This document shows, in pieces, positions 1 to 8,575 of a DNA stretch of 64,000 nucleotides; within the stretch, counting starts at the first letter, position 1, and each line of letters starts with the position of its first letter. Where the stretch lies: the NCBI GenBank assembly GCA_963675665.1, contig OY776510.1:2656001-2720000 (forward strand). The letters are read 5' to 3'. The DNA comes from Spirochaetia bacterium (GTDB taxonomy: Bacteria; Spirochaetota; Spirochaetia; UBA9216). The position numbers and the translations under genes were made by a program. Below the pieces are notes generated by a model. It was not told the origin of the DNA. It searched no databases and was given only the letters and a program-made list of their open reading frames with translations.

Positions 1-1
1 G

Positions 2-286
2 CTGCGCCCGGGCGATCTAATCAAGTGTTTCGGTGTCGGTTCTGCTGTAGTCGACAGGGTAAAAAATATAACCCTGCGCGAACCGGTATACAACCTGGCG
101 GTAGATGGACACCATAATTTTACAGTCGGAAGCTGCGGAGCTCTTGTTCATAATAAGGATGCCCAGGAAGAATCTCCCGTGATGTTTTATGCGAACCGTC
201 CCTTTATTTTTATTATAAGGGATAACCTGACCGGAGAGATTTATTTTATGGGAAGGCTGAGTAAGCCCGGTCAGGTGAGTAAGTAA
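2..286 (+). CDS. 3' end of a serpin-family protein with a Hint (intein-like/BIL) domain just before the serpin C-terminal strands (5'-partial, runs off the window)
   Basis: Manual translation of frame +2: LRPGDLIKCFGVGSAVVDRVKNITLREPVYNLAVDGHHNFTVGSCGALVHN-KDAQEESPVMFYANRPFIFIIRDNLTGEIYFMGRLSKPGQVSK*. LxPGD and VYNLxV...HNFxV...LVHN are Hint motifs. FYANRPFIFII fits the serpin signature and is followed by RDxxTGxIxFMGR. Confidence 0.85.
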   Translation: MRPGDLIKCFGVGSAVVDRVKNITLREPVYNLAVDGHHNFTVGSCGALVHNKDAQEESPVMFYANRPFIFIIRDNLTGEIYFMGRLSKPGQVSK

Positions 287-300
287 AAGCAGGAAGAATA

Positions 301-939
301 TTCGGCCACGGATATATCGGGCGGTACAGGCGGGTCACACGGACTGCGTTAATCCATATAGTCTGACTTAAACTATCAGCACCGAAGCCGTAGGCGTAGG
401 TATGAACACTGATTGAAGAAGTGATTGAGTTAAATCCTGTTTTAAAACAAGAAGAACTTTTCTAAATTGCTGTTAATCTTTTCTGTGTGAAATTTTGGAG
501 TTAGCTATTCGGGTGGAATATCCTGTCTGCCTTCATTATTTTTAATTTATAATCCATATTATTGCAACAATATTAACGTACCGGGTTATAATAATGATAG
601 AGATTCCTGCTATATATTTTCATTAATCATGGTTGTCTGCATATCATATATGAAGACGGGGCAGAGAAACTGATTGTCGGAACAGGTCAATACGGTTTTG
701 TTAAATTGTCCGGGGCCGCTGCAGCTTATCTGGAATCAAGGGGTTGTGCCTGCCTGCTTTATCCGACGCCGCGAGCTGTAAAAGAGTGGAATGCGGAGCA
801 GGGAAAAGTAATGGGGTTGTTTCATATCACCTGCTGAGCCAGCCCGGTTTAACGGGCGGGAAAAGTCTTACCCCCTTTGCTGATTATCCGTGTCAATCCG
901 TGTTGCCATTCATATGTGCCGCCTATATCCGTGGCCAAA
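301..939. repeat. Imperfect inverted repeats (about 301-346 and 894-939) built from CACGGAT-like units
   Basis: ggccacggatata (304-316) is the exact reverse complement of tatatccgtggcc (924-936). The match extends to ggcggtaca/tgtgccgcc and acacggactg/caatccgtgt. Confidence 0.6.
640..837 (+). pseudogene. 5'-truncated Mth938-like (DUF498 family) gene remnant
   Basis: Frame +1 reads HIIYEDGAEKLIVGTGQYGFVKLSGAAAAYLESRGCACLLYPTPRAVKEWNAEQGKVMGLFHITC*. IVGTG, PTxxA and the terminal FHxTC are typical of the family. There is an in-frame stop at 598-600 and no ATG between it and the conserved region. Confidence 0.7.
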
Positions 940-1009
940 CGTCTTTAATGTCCACATTTTCAGGTCAGCGCCAGGCTCAGAGAATATAACGGTAAATATA
1001 TTTTTCCAC

Positions 1010-4000
1010 CTAAATCCTGATGCTGCCGCTTTTCCGTCCGGAGACTGCATATTTCATATATGGAATTATTACATCGTTCTTTAATGATTCGGTCCCGTCA
1101 TAGGTTATGGTAAGTACCGGAACACCGGTCAGCTCTTCAATGTCCCTGCTCATGGCTTCGGTGACGAGCGAAGGACAGCAGAATGCGGGGTTTGTCTGAA
1201 TAAAAAGTGAGACATCAGGGTGTTCTTTTATAATGCGGAAGATTTTAAGGATGTTTTCATTGCTTTCGCCTTCCTGCTCCACTCTGATATTAAAATTGGC
1301 AAGCTGGGTCTCAATATCTGGGTTCTTTGACTTTATCGGATCACCTATGTATTTGCTCAGATACCGGTAGTAGCGGCCCTCAAGCAGTTCCATGGCTGCA
1401 AGAAGGGATTTGCAGATGACAACATCGGAAATTTTCAACTCCCTGAACCATCTTTTAAAAACCGCACTGCTGATAATTTTAGCGTATTCGTTATACGGTG
1501 TCGTCAGAACCTCGCCGCCTGCATCTTCTATAATCTTAATCAGGTTCTGATTCATAACATCATTATCCCTGACATACAGATCTCCGAATAGCGCAACTTT
1601 CGGGCGGTCTGTTTTATTGTACTCTATCGCATCAAGCCCGGCTATAATTGATTTCACCGCTTCAGTAAAGTGCATTTCCCCGAGGAACGCTTTTTCCAGA
1701 ATTATTCTTGATTCCGCAATAACCCTGTCTGTTTCTCCCTTATGTACCTCATAGGGTCTTATCATGCAGCCGATTTTTTTCAGGTTGCCTCCGAACATAT
1801 AAGCAAAGTAGGTTTTGATTGATACAATGGGACTGATTTCCACCATGGTCAGCACGCCGGTATAAACACCTGCCGTCTGCAGTCCGTTACCTTCCTTTTC
1901 CATGAGGCTTTTAATGTAGGACGGATACATCGGTATGTTGCAGGCCCATGCTGATTTTATCATCCACAGGACGGTGTCCGCGGGGTTGAGCTTATATTTT
2001 TTTATGTATTGTGCATACTCGTGCGCTATTGTGTTTACAGGAATGCACTGGCCCGTGTTCATTCTCATACTTTCCGCTATCATCTTCGGAGTTTCTTCCA
2101 GCACCCTGGCATCTATTCCCGCGTAGCGCAGATTTGCCGCGACAAGGGGAAGAACAAAGGTGTCCCAGTTCGGCAAAAGAACTGTCTTTCCTTCAAGCGA
2201 TTTGGAGATTTGCGGCAGAACTGGAAGTTTGTTATCCTGCGCAGGAGTCCTTGCTGATTTAAAATGATTTCTGAAAGACCTGATCCCGGCTTCGATTCTT
2301 GTTTCGTATCCGATATTTGAATCGTGATCGTCGGTCTGAAGGATTAAATAAGGTTTTTCATGCCTGTCCATTATCCTCCTGAAATACTCCAGTGTAAACG
2401 AGTCGGGCGAACACTTGAATGATGTCACAAATACAGGGTAAAGCCCCTCGGTTTTCGCGCAATAATCTGCGGCGGCTAGGATCTCCGACGGATAAGCCCA
2501 GTGAAACTGGTCAAGCAGGCCGTCGACGGCTTCTGAAGGTTCGGCTGCCGGAATCATATCGGTAAAATACGTTTCAATACCGAGGGCGGCAAAGAAACCG
2601 GGAATATTCTTGTTCATCGATTCAAGCAGCACTGTATACGGCCTTCCTGTCAGAAGCACCTGTATATCGCCGTTTTCAGAAGAATGATAAACCTTTCTCA
2701 ATGCCTGTTTTGCTTTTTTGAAATTTTCAACTGCATCTTCAAATGCCGCGGATATTTCCGGAAAACTGAACTTCCGTTGAACATGCTCATTTACCGCTTT
2801 CATGAGTTCGAATTTTATTTTAAGCGGATTGGACCGGTAATTGATAAGAGGCATCAAACTCGTTATTTTACTGCCCCTCAGTTTCATTGATGAGGTAAGG
2901 GTTGAACTGAACTGGGTATAGTAGCAGAATTTCCGAAGCCGTGATGTATCTTTTTCATCCTTCCTGTCGCCGATGTGTATGGGCAGAAATACTACATCCG
3001 ATTTTTCGGCAACCGAGGCCGTATGACCGTAGAAAGCCGTCATCGGTGCACAGAATTCGGCGCCGGCAAGCTTTTTGCCCCGGGCTATTACGTCGGGGGT
3101 CTCTTCGCTTGTGACGGTCCTTATTCCGAGATTGTTAAAGAATTTCCGCCAGAGAAGCGTTTCGTCGAAAATCCTGAGTCCCGAGGGAATCCCGACAACA
3201 GGCAGTTCCGTCTTTTCGGGTTGCGCGGGCATCAGCGGGGCAAGTGCGGATTTTCGGATCTGCAGCAGTGAAGGCGTCTGCTGCTTTTTTACAAACTTTT
3301 TGGTGTTATAGTCCCTGCCGCACAGAAATCCGTAGGCAACCTCTTCATTTTTAACATCTGCAATTCTGATTCTGCAGTGGTTTCCGCACAGTCCGCATAT
3401 TTCGGTCCGGACTTCTATATTTTCCCGCCAGATATCGAAGCCCCTGAAGCCGGAAATGCCGCTCTTCTCTTCAGCGGCAGTGACCGCAGCTCCAAGGGCC
3501 CCGGTTAAATGGCAGTATTTTGAAACAAGCACGGGTTTGCCGAGTTTTTGCTCAAAGGCTGCAACAAGCGTCCGGTTCTTTGCGGTTGCTCCCTGAAAAT
3601 ATACCCGGTTTCCGATATTGCCTTCAGCGGCCACCTTCTGCAGATAGTTTTCCCTGACTGAAAACAGTACCGCTGCAAGAATCTCACCGACTTCATAACC
3701 TTTATTCAGGTAATGATTAATATCCCTTTCCATGAAAACAGTGCACCTGTCGCTGGTCAGGGGGGCCCTTGCTCCTTCTGCAAGATCTGCATATTCGGAA
3801 AGTGCCACGCCGAGTTTTGATGCCTGTTCTTCAATAAAGCTGCCGGTTCCGGCTGCGCATACCGTATTCATCTGTGAAAAGGTCACGACGCCCTTTCTCA
3901 GGGTTGTAAATTTAGAATCCTGCCCGCCTATCTCAATAATTGTATCGATATCAGGATCAAGCAATACTGCAGCACGCGCATGAGCTGAAATCTCATCCAG

Positions 4001-5212
4001 AACTGTATCGGCGCCGATCAGGTTGCCGATAAACTTCCGCCCGGACCCGGTGCTGCCCGCAGCAGAGACGGCAATGCTCAATTTCTCCCGTTCGATATAA
4101 GCGCTGCAGGCCTTGAATATAGCTTGAACGGCGGCGACAGGTCTGCCTGCAGTTCTGGTGTAAAAACCCGCTACAGGATTAAACGATGCGTCAATAATTA
4201 TAGCCTTTGTTGAAGTTGAACCTATATCAATTCCCATGGATACTTCAACGGGTATTTCCCCGGAAAGGTCCTGATAAATATCAACCTCTACATCGCTTTT
4301 ATCTGAAAAGTGAAAATTATAATGCTGAAGGCCGTTAAAATCGGGATAATCCGAGAGTTTCAATTCAAGCGGAGAATAAAAATATTCTTTCTCCGCGGCA
4401 TCCGCATCCTGTACCAGTTCAAAACGGTTTTCAGTTTCCTGCGGCAGGTTATCCTGAAGAAGCAGCCTGACCGCGCCGGCGGCCCCGGCAAGGTGGGAGT
4501 ACCTGTGAATCAGGATCTCGTGTCCCAGAATTTCTTCCAGATGCCCGACAACCGCCCTGTTGGCGGCTACGCCTCCGGTGAACACCATGGGGCTGTAATT
4601 CACTTTATCATCGAACAATGAGTCTGCAATATTATTGCCCAGGCCGGCGCAAAGCCCGTCGCAGATCTCTTCGATGGAATAGCCTTCCTGCTGAGAGTGG
4701 ATGATATCGGTCTTTGCGAAAACAGCGCATCTCGATGCTATTTTTGGAACAGCGCCGGTATTGAACAGGGCTTTCCTGCTCAGTTCGGCGCTGTCTGCAA
4801 GGTTTAGTCTTCCGGCCTGCTGATCCAGGAAACCGCCGGTGCCCGCGGCGCAGGAAGTGTTGGATTTCATATTTGTAAAACGGCTGCGGTCATCGAATTC
4901 GATCAATGAGAATCTTTCCCCTCCTACATTGAGGATTGATCTGATATTGCCGTAAAAAAAATTGACGCCCTGAATAATTGATACGATCGGATCAAAACTG
5001 ATCGCGCCGGTGATGATGTCGGGGGTAGAAGCCGTCCGGGCGATTCCGGTCGCATCCGAATAGTCAATTTCCAGAAGCATTTCCCTGATCGCCTTTGAGG
5101 GGTTGCCGTTATGATATCCGTAGCGGTGGTCCGTTACTATTCCTTCAGCAGTCATGACGATGAGAGATACGGTCACGGAGCCTGAATCTATGCCGATAAA
5201 TTTATCTTTCAT
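1010..5212 (-). CDS. Acyl-CoA dehydratase activase (two BadF/BadG/BcrA/BcrD ASKHA domains plus DUF2229-type C-terminal regions)
   Basis: GIDSGSVT...CAAGTGGFLDQQA...RCAVFAKTD and GIDIGSTSTK...IGGQDSK...CAAGTGSFIEEQA...RCTVF; C-terminal EFCAP, SFKCSPDS and GQCIP motifs; 1400 aa. Confidence 0.9.
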   Translation of the reverse strand: MKDKFIGIDSGSVTVSLIVMTAEGIVTDHRYGYHNGNPSKAIREMLLEIDYSDATGIARTASTPDIITGAISFDPIVSIIQGVNFFYGNIRSILNVGGERFSLIEFDDRSRFTNMKSNTSCAAGTGGFLDQQAGRLNLADSAELSRKALFNTGAVPKIASRCAVFAKTDIIHSQQEGYSIEEICDGLCAGLGNNIADSLFDDKVNYSPMVFTGGVAANRAVVGHLEEILGHEILIHRYSHLAGAAGAVRLLLQDNLPQETENRFELVQDADAAEKEYFYSPLELKLSDYPDFNGLQHYNFHFSDKSDVEVDIYQDLSGEIPVEVSMGIDIGSTSTKAIIIDASFNPVAGFYTRTAGRPVAAVQAIFKACSAYIEREKLSIAVSAAGSTGSGRKFIGNLIGADTVLDEISAHARAAVLLDPDIDTIIEIGGQDSKFTTLRKGVVTFSQMNTVCAAGTGSFIEEQASKLGVALSEYADLAEGARAPLTSDRCTVFMERDINHYLNKGYEVGEILAAVLFSVRENYLQKVAAEGNIGNRVYFQGATAKNRTLVAAFEQKLGKPVLVSKYCHLTGALGAAVTAAEEKSGISGFRGFDIWRENIEVRTEICGLCGNHCRIRIADVKNEEVAYGFLCGRDYNTKKFVKKQQTPSLLQIRKSALAPLMPAQPEKTELPVVGIPSGLRIFDETLLWRKFFNNLGIRTVTSEETPDVIARGKKLAGAEFCAPMTAFYGHTASVAEKSDVVFLPIHIGDRKDEKDTSRLRKFCYYTQFSSTLTSSMKLRGSKITSLMPLINYRSNPLKIKFELMKAVNEHVQRKFSFPEISAAFEDAVENFKKAKQALRKVYHSSENGDIQVLLTGRPYTVLLESMNKNIPGFFAALGIETYFTDMIPAAEPSEAVDGLLDQFHWAYPSEILAAADYCAKTEGLYPVFVTSFKCSPDSFTLEYFRRIMDRHEKPYLILQTDDHDSNIGYETRIEAGIRSFRNHFKSARTPAQDNKLPVLPQISKSLEGKTVLLPNWDTFVLPLVAANLRYAGIDARVLEETPKMIAESMRMNTGQCIPVNTIAHEYAQYIKKYKLNPADTVLWMIKSAWACNIPMYPSYIKSLMEKEGNGLQTAGVYTGVLTMVEISPIVSIKTYFAYMFGGNLKKIGCMIRPYEVHKGETDRVIAESRIILEKAFLGEMHFTEAVKSIIAGLDAIEYNKTDRPKVALFGDLYVRDNDVMNQNLIKIIEDAGGEVLTTPYNEYAKIISSAVFKRWFRELKISDVVICKSLLAAMELLEGRYYRYLSKYIGDPIKSKNPDIETQLANFNIRVEQEGESNENILKIFRIIKEHPDVSLFIQTNPAFCCPSLVTEAMSRDIEELTGVPVLTITYDGTESLKNDVIIPYMKYAVSGRKSGSIRI

Positions 5213-5371
5213 TTTACTTCATTTTAACTGTAAATTGTCTCAGAAGAAACTGATTTATTAATTGAATTATGCCCTTTATACGTAATAATGTAATTCAGGC
5301 GATATCGGCAATGTTATAAAATATGTTCCGCTTATTTTGCCTGTTGCCATTCTGAATCATTATGTAAGAAA

Positions 5372-5896
5372 TTATGACCGGCCGAGAACATATGCTATAT
5401 CCGATACTGCCTGCGCCGGATTGTTGTTGTTTGTAAAATCCTTGTCGAACAGATTGGTCACAAACCCTTCGGAGGCTTTACTGAATATCATGTCGTGTCC
5501 TACGAATAATCCCATTGAAATGTTCAATTCGGTTTTTTTTAAATTCAGATAATCTGCCTGTCCGGCAGGATTACATATTATCTGATTGCTGCTTCCGCCG
5601 AGAATATCTTTTTTAGGTATGCGGCCGTATTTGCAGTCGACTGTGAACACGGAAAAATACCTTGAAAAATATTCCTTCAGAATCACTGCTTCCCTTGAAA
5701 AGGTAATGCAGTGAGCAATTCCGATCCGGCTGAACCCGGCGCCCCCGGCAAAATTCATGATTTCTTCAATACGGTTTGAAGTCATGCTGGTACAATCGTT
5801 GTTAACCTTCATTATTTTTCTAAAAGCGTCGTTGTATAGTTTATTCATCATATGAAAAATAGGGAAAAACCCATTCAGAGTCAATACTTTAAACAC
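5372..5896 (-). CDS. DUF1847 domain protein (start uncertain, possibly near 5851; may be degenerate)
   Basis: RIEEIMNFA...IGIAHC...CK...CNPAGQADYLN...TELNISMGLFVGHDMIF...VTNLFDKD. Confidence 0.75.
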   Translation of the reverse strand: MFKVLTLNGFFPIFHMMNKLYNDAFRKIMKVNNDCTSMTSNRIEEIMNFAGGAGFSRIGIAHCITFSREAVILKEYFSRYFSVFTVDCKYGRIPKKDILGGSSNQIICNPAGQADYLNLKKTELNISMGLFVGHDMIFSKASEGFVTNLFDKDFTNNNNPAQAVSDIAYVLGRS

Positions 5897-6190
5897 GGGG
5901 GCTATACAATCGACGGCGCTATGAGCTGTCTGATAGGCACAAACCCGGTCCGGACGGCCATTCGACGATATTCGACATACTTGATGAACGGTTCATCGAC
6001 AAAGAGAGCCGCAGGTATTCGAGCTTCTGATTTACAAGTATGATCCGACACTGTCGGAAGAAGAAAAGACTGTGGTAATTACGGCTGAGCTGGAAAAGCG
6101 GTTTCCGGGTTTTAATTCAATGATTGAAATGCGAGATCTTGCTACACCCGTAGCATGGGTTCGCTACACAAGCAATTGTCGTTCAGACTG
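5893..6190 (+). pseudogene. Internally deleted remnant of a phytoene-desaturase-like NAD(P)/FAD oxidoreductase
   Basis: Collinear motif fragments in different frames: GGYTIDGAMSCLIGTNP; DGHSTIFDILDERFIDKE; IYKYDPTLSEEEKTVVI; AELEKRFPG...MRDLATPVAWVRYTSN. Confidence 0.7.
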
Positions 6191-6221
6191 TTGTTCTTTC
6201 TTCAAAATTTATATGATCATA

Positions 6222-6293
6222 AAGTTATAAATTGTTATGAAATGTTATAAAATGTAATATAAATGTTGACTTATGTGAAAAATATGATAAAAT
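6222..6293 (+). promoter_or_regulatory. Sigma70-type promoter with upstream ~10-bp-period TGTTATAAA repeats (candidate DeoR operator)
   Basis: TTGACT (6266-6271), 16 nt, TAAAAT (6288-6293) with a TG extension. Upstream repeats: gttataaat/tgttatgaaa/tgttataaaa/tgtaatataaa. Confidence 0.55.
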
Positions 6294-6324
6294 CATAGAA
6301 AAATAAAACATAAAGGAGACGATT

Positions 6325-7572
6325 ATGAAAAGGTGTTTTAGCGGGTTACTGTTAATTCTGGTTGTCAGCGGAATGGTTTTTGCCGGCGGCAATGCTGAAA
6401 CGTCGGATCCACAGAAACCGGTGGAAATTACAGTATGGCATCGATGGAGCGGGGCAAACGGAGAAATCCTGTCGGATATCTTTCGTTCTTTTGAAGCGCA
6501 GAATCCCGGGATTATAATCAAGGATTCACAGAAAATTGGTGAGTATCTTGTATTGCTCCAGACGCTGATGGCTGATTTGGCTGCCGGAAGCCCGCCGCCT
6601 GATGTGCTCATCGGAAGTTATAATTATCTGGACTTTCTGTACAGCGAACTCAGCCCTGTTCCGATCGATACGCTTGCCGATAGAGATCTGGTAGAAAAGG
6701 TCTTTAACAGGTTTGAAACTTCTGTTCTGGATTTGGGCAAGGTCGAAGGAGTTCAGGCTGGAGTTCCGTATGCTATCAGCAACATAGTTCTTTACTATAA
6801 TCCGGATATTTTCAGGGCGGCAGGTTTGGATCCTGATAATCCGCCGAAGACATGGGATGAAGTATTCGAACAGGGCCGGATTATTAAGGAAAAAACCGAC
6901 AAGTATGCCATAGCCATCCAGAAAATGGATAACTGGGCCGACCAGGCGCTGATTTTCAGTAACGGCGGACATTTGAAATCTGTCGACGGAAGCAAAGTTC
7001 TTTTTAATGACGAGGGCAGTGTCGGAGCTTATGAAATGTGGGCCAGACTGCATGCCGAAGAATTGTCTCCTCCCGGAGCTGATGAAGAAATCGCCGCAAG
7101 TTTCCTTGCCGGAGATCTTGGTATGTACGGCACAACAATAATGAAGCTTCTCTCGCAAAGAAACATGGCTACATTTGAACTGGGAGTCGCACCATTCCCG
7201 GCTTTCACCGGAAAAGAGAAAAGACTGCCTGCCGGCGGCGCAGCGATCAGTGTTTTTACGGAGAAAAAAGAGAGTCAGGATGCGGTATGGAAACTGATAG
7301 ATTACATGACTTCCGATGAGGCATTGAAAGAATGGACAAAAACCGGATATTTATGTGTTACAAAAGCAGACGTGCCTGTAGCAAAAGGACAGGATATTGC
7401 CTATTCACAGGTTCCCAATGCTGTCCCCTGGCAGGCCATGCCGGGAGGATCTACAGGTCTTGAGATCGACAGAATCTTTCTTGATACCAGAACCAAGATT
7501 ATTTATGGAAATGTTGACGCAAAAGAAGGTCTTGATTCTGCTGCGGAGGCATCCAACAAGTTGCTTAAATAA
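6325..7572 (+). CDS. ABC transporter substrate-binding protein, UgpB/CUT1 family
   Basis: SD aaggag; leader FAGGNAE; VEITVWH; LYYNPDIFRAAGLDPDNPPKTWDE; LPAGGAAI. Confidence 0.88.
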   Translation: MKRCFSGLLLILVVSGMVFAGGNAETSDPQKPVEITVWHRWSGANGEILSDIFRSFEAQNPGIIIKDSQKIGEYLVLLQTLMADLAAGSPPPDVLIGSYNYLDFLYSELSPVPIDTLADRDLVEKVFNRFETSVLDLGKVEGVQAGVPYAISNIVLYYNPDIFRAAGLDPDNPPKTWDEVFEQGRIIKEKTDKYAIAIQKMDNWADQALIFSNGGHLKSVDGSKVLFNDEGSVGAYEMWARLHAEELSPPGADEEIAASFLAGDLGMYGTTIMKLLSQRNMATFELGVAPFPAFTGKEKRLPAGGAAISVFTEKKESQDAVWKLIDYMTSDEALKEWTKTGYLCVTKADVPVAKGQDIAYSQVPNAVPWQAMPGGSTGLEIDRIFLDTRTKIIYGNVDAKEGLDSAAEASNKLLK

Positions 7573-7752
7573 ATAGAAGTTTAGCCCGGAGCTTATTGAA
7601 GATAAGGCCTGCTTGATTATGACAGGTGGAGAACCAGCCGTTTTTTACTGGATGATATTGATAGGCTTCGGGTATAATTTAAAGATAAACAGGAATTTGG
7701 TATATACTGAAAGGTCAGATTTCAGATCCGGATAACTGTATGGAGATTTTAA

Positions 7753-8562
7753 ATGGTTCATTCTATAGGCAATCAATCCGAATATGCCGTATCTACCTGG
7801 TTTTATAAGCATGAACAAATTGAGACGGCAATTAACAAATTGAAGAATTCCGGGTTTAAAAGGATAGAGTTGTGGGCGGATCAGGTCCATGCTGATCCGA
7901 GGTTGAATAATCTCTCCGGTATCAAAAATGCCTTATCAAAAAATGATGTGGAGGTGCATTCCGTTCATGCCCCCTTTTCAGGAATAGGAAATGAATTTCA
8001 GGATTCTTCCTTTTTCAGGAAATGGGAAGAGCTTCTTGATAAAACTGCTGAATACTGCAGTGAATTAAACTCGGAACTCATGGTTTTACATATTCTCAAT
8101 CGATCGGCATATAACCTGTTCAGTAATGATATCGAAAAAGTATGCTGTTTTATTGAGAATATGTCTGAAAAATTTCGCTCCAGGGGTGTTAAAATACTGT
8201 TGGAGAATTTGATTGGTTCAGGTGCTCCGGGAGAATTTGAATGCACAATCGCTGAACTGAAAAGGGTTTTCGGTTCTCTGGATATAGGTTTTTGTATAGA
8301 TATCAGCCATTCCGTGCTGACAAATCAGGATATTGAAAATGAAATTCGAATAGCCGGCGACAAGTTGTTATCGGTTCATGTCAGCAGTACCGACGGTAAG
8401 AACGACCTTCATCTGCCCCTTGATCAGGGAGTAATAAAATGGCACGAAATGTACGGCCTTTTTCGGCGGATGGGGTATAAAGGCGATTTTGTACTTGAGA
8501 TTAACGGCAGAGACTGTCCTGATGAAATTATGAAAGGTATAGAGAACTATTTCAGCAAATGA
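7753..8562 (+). CDS. Sugar phosphate isomerase/epimerase (xylose-isomerase-like TIM barrel)
   Basis: SVHAPF, LLENL, CIDISHS, VHVSSTDGKNDLHLPLDQGVI and FVLEI metal-ligand pattern. Confidence 0.82.
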   Translation: MVHSIGNQSEYAVSTWFYKHEQIETAINKLKNSGFKRIELWADQVHADPRLNNLSGIKNALSKNDVEVHSVHAPFSGIGNEFQDSSFFRKWEELLDKTAEYCSELNSELMVLHILNRSAYNLFSNDIEKVCCFIENMSEKFRSRGVKILLENLIGSGAPGEFECTIAELKRVFGSLDIGFCIDISHSVLTNQDIENEIRIAGDKLLSVHVSSTDGKNDLHLPLDQGVIKWHEMYGLFRRMGYKGDFVLEINGRDCPDEIMKGIENYFSK

Positions 8563-8575
8563 CGAATACAAATTA

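Noticed and set aside
2-157. Canonical splicing intein with a homing endonuclease
   Set aside because: The residue after His-Asn is Lys, not Cys/Ser/Thr, and there is no room for an endonuclease. It is better described as a BIL/Hint domain.
744-1084. ORF-track entries 744..989 and 890..1084
   Set aside because: No recognisable motifs. The real coding signal is the Mth938-like frame at 640-837.
5852-6043. 63-aa ORF as a real gene
   Set aside because: It contains only one fragment of the oxidoreductase remnant and overlaps the opposite-strand ORF.
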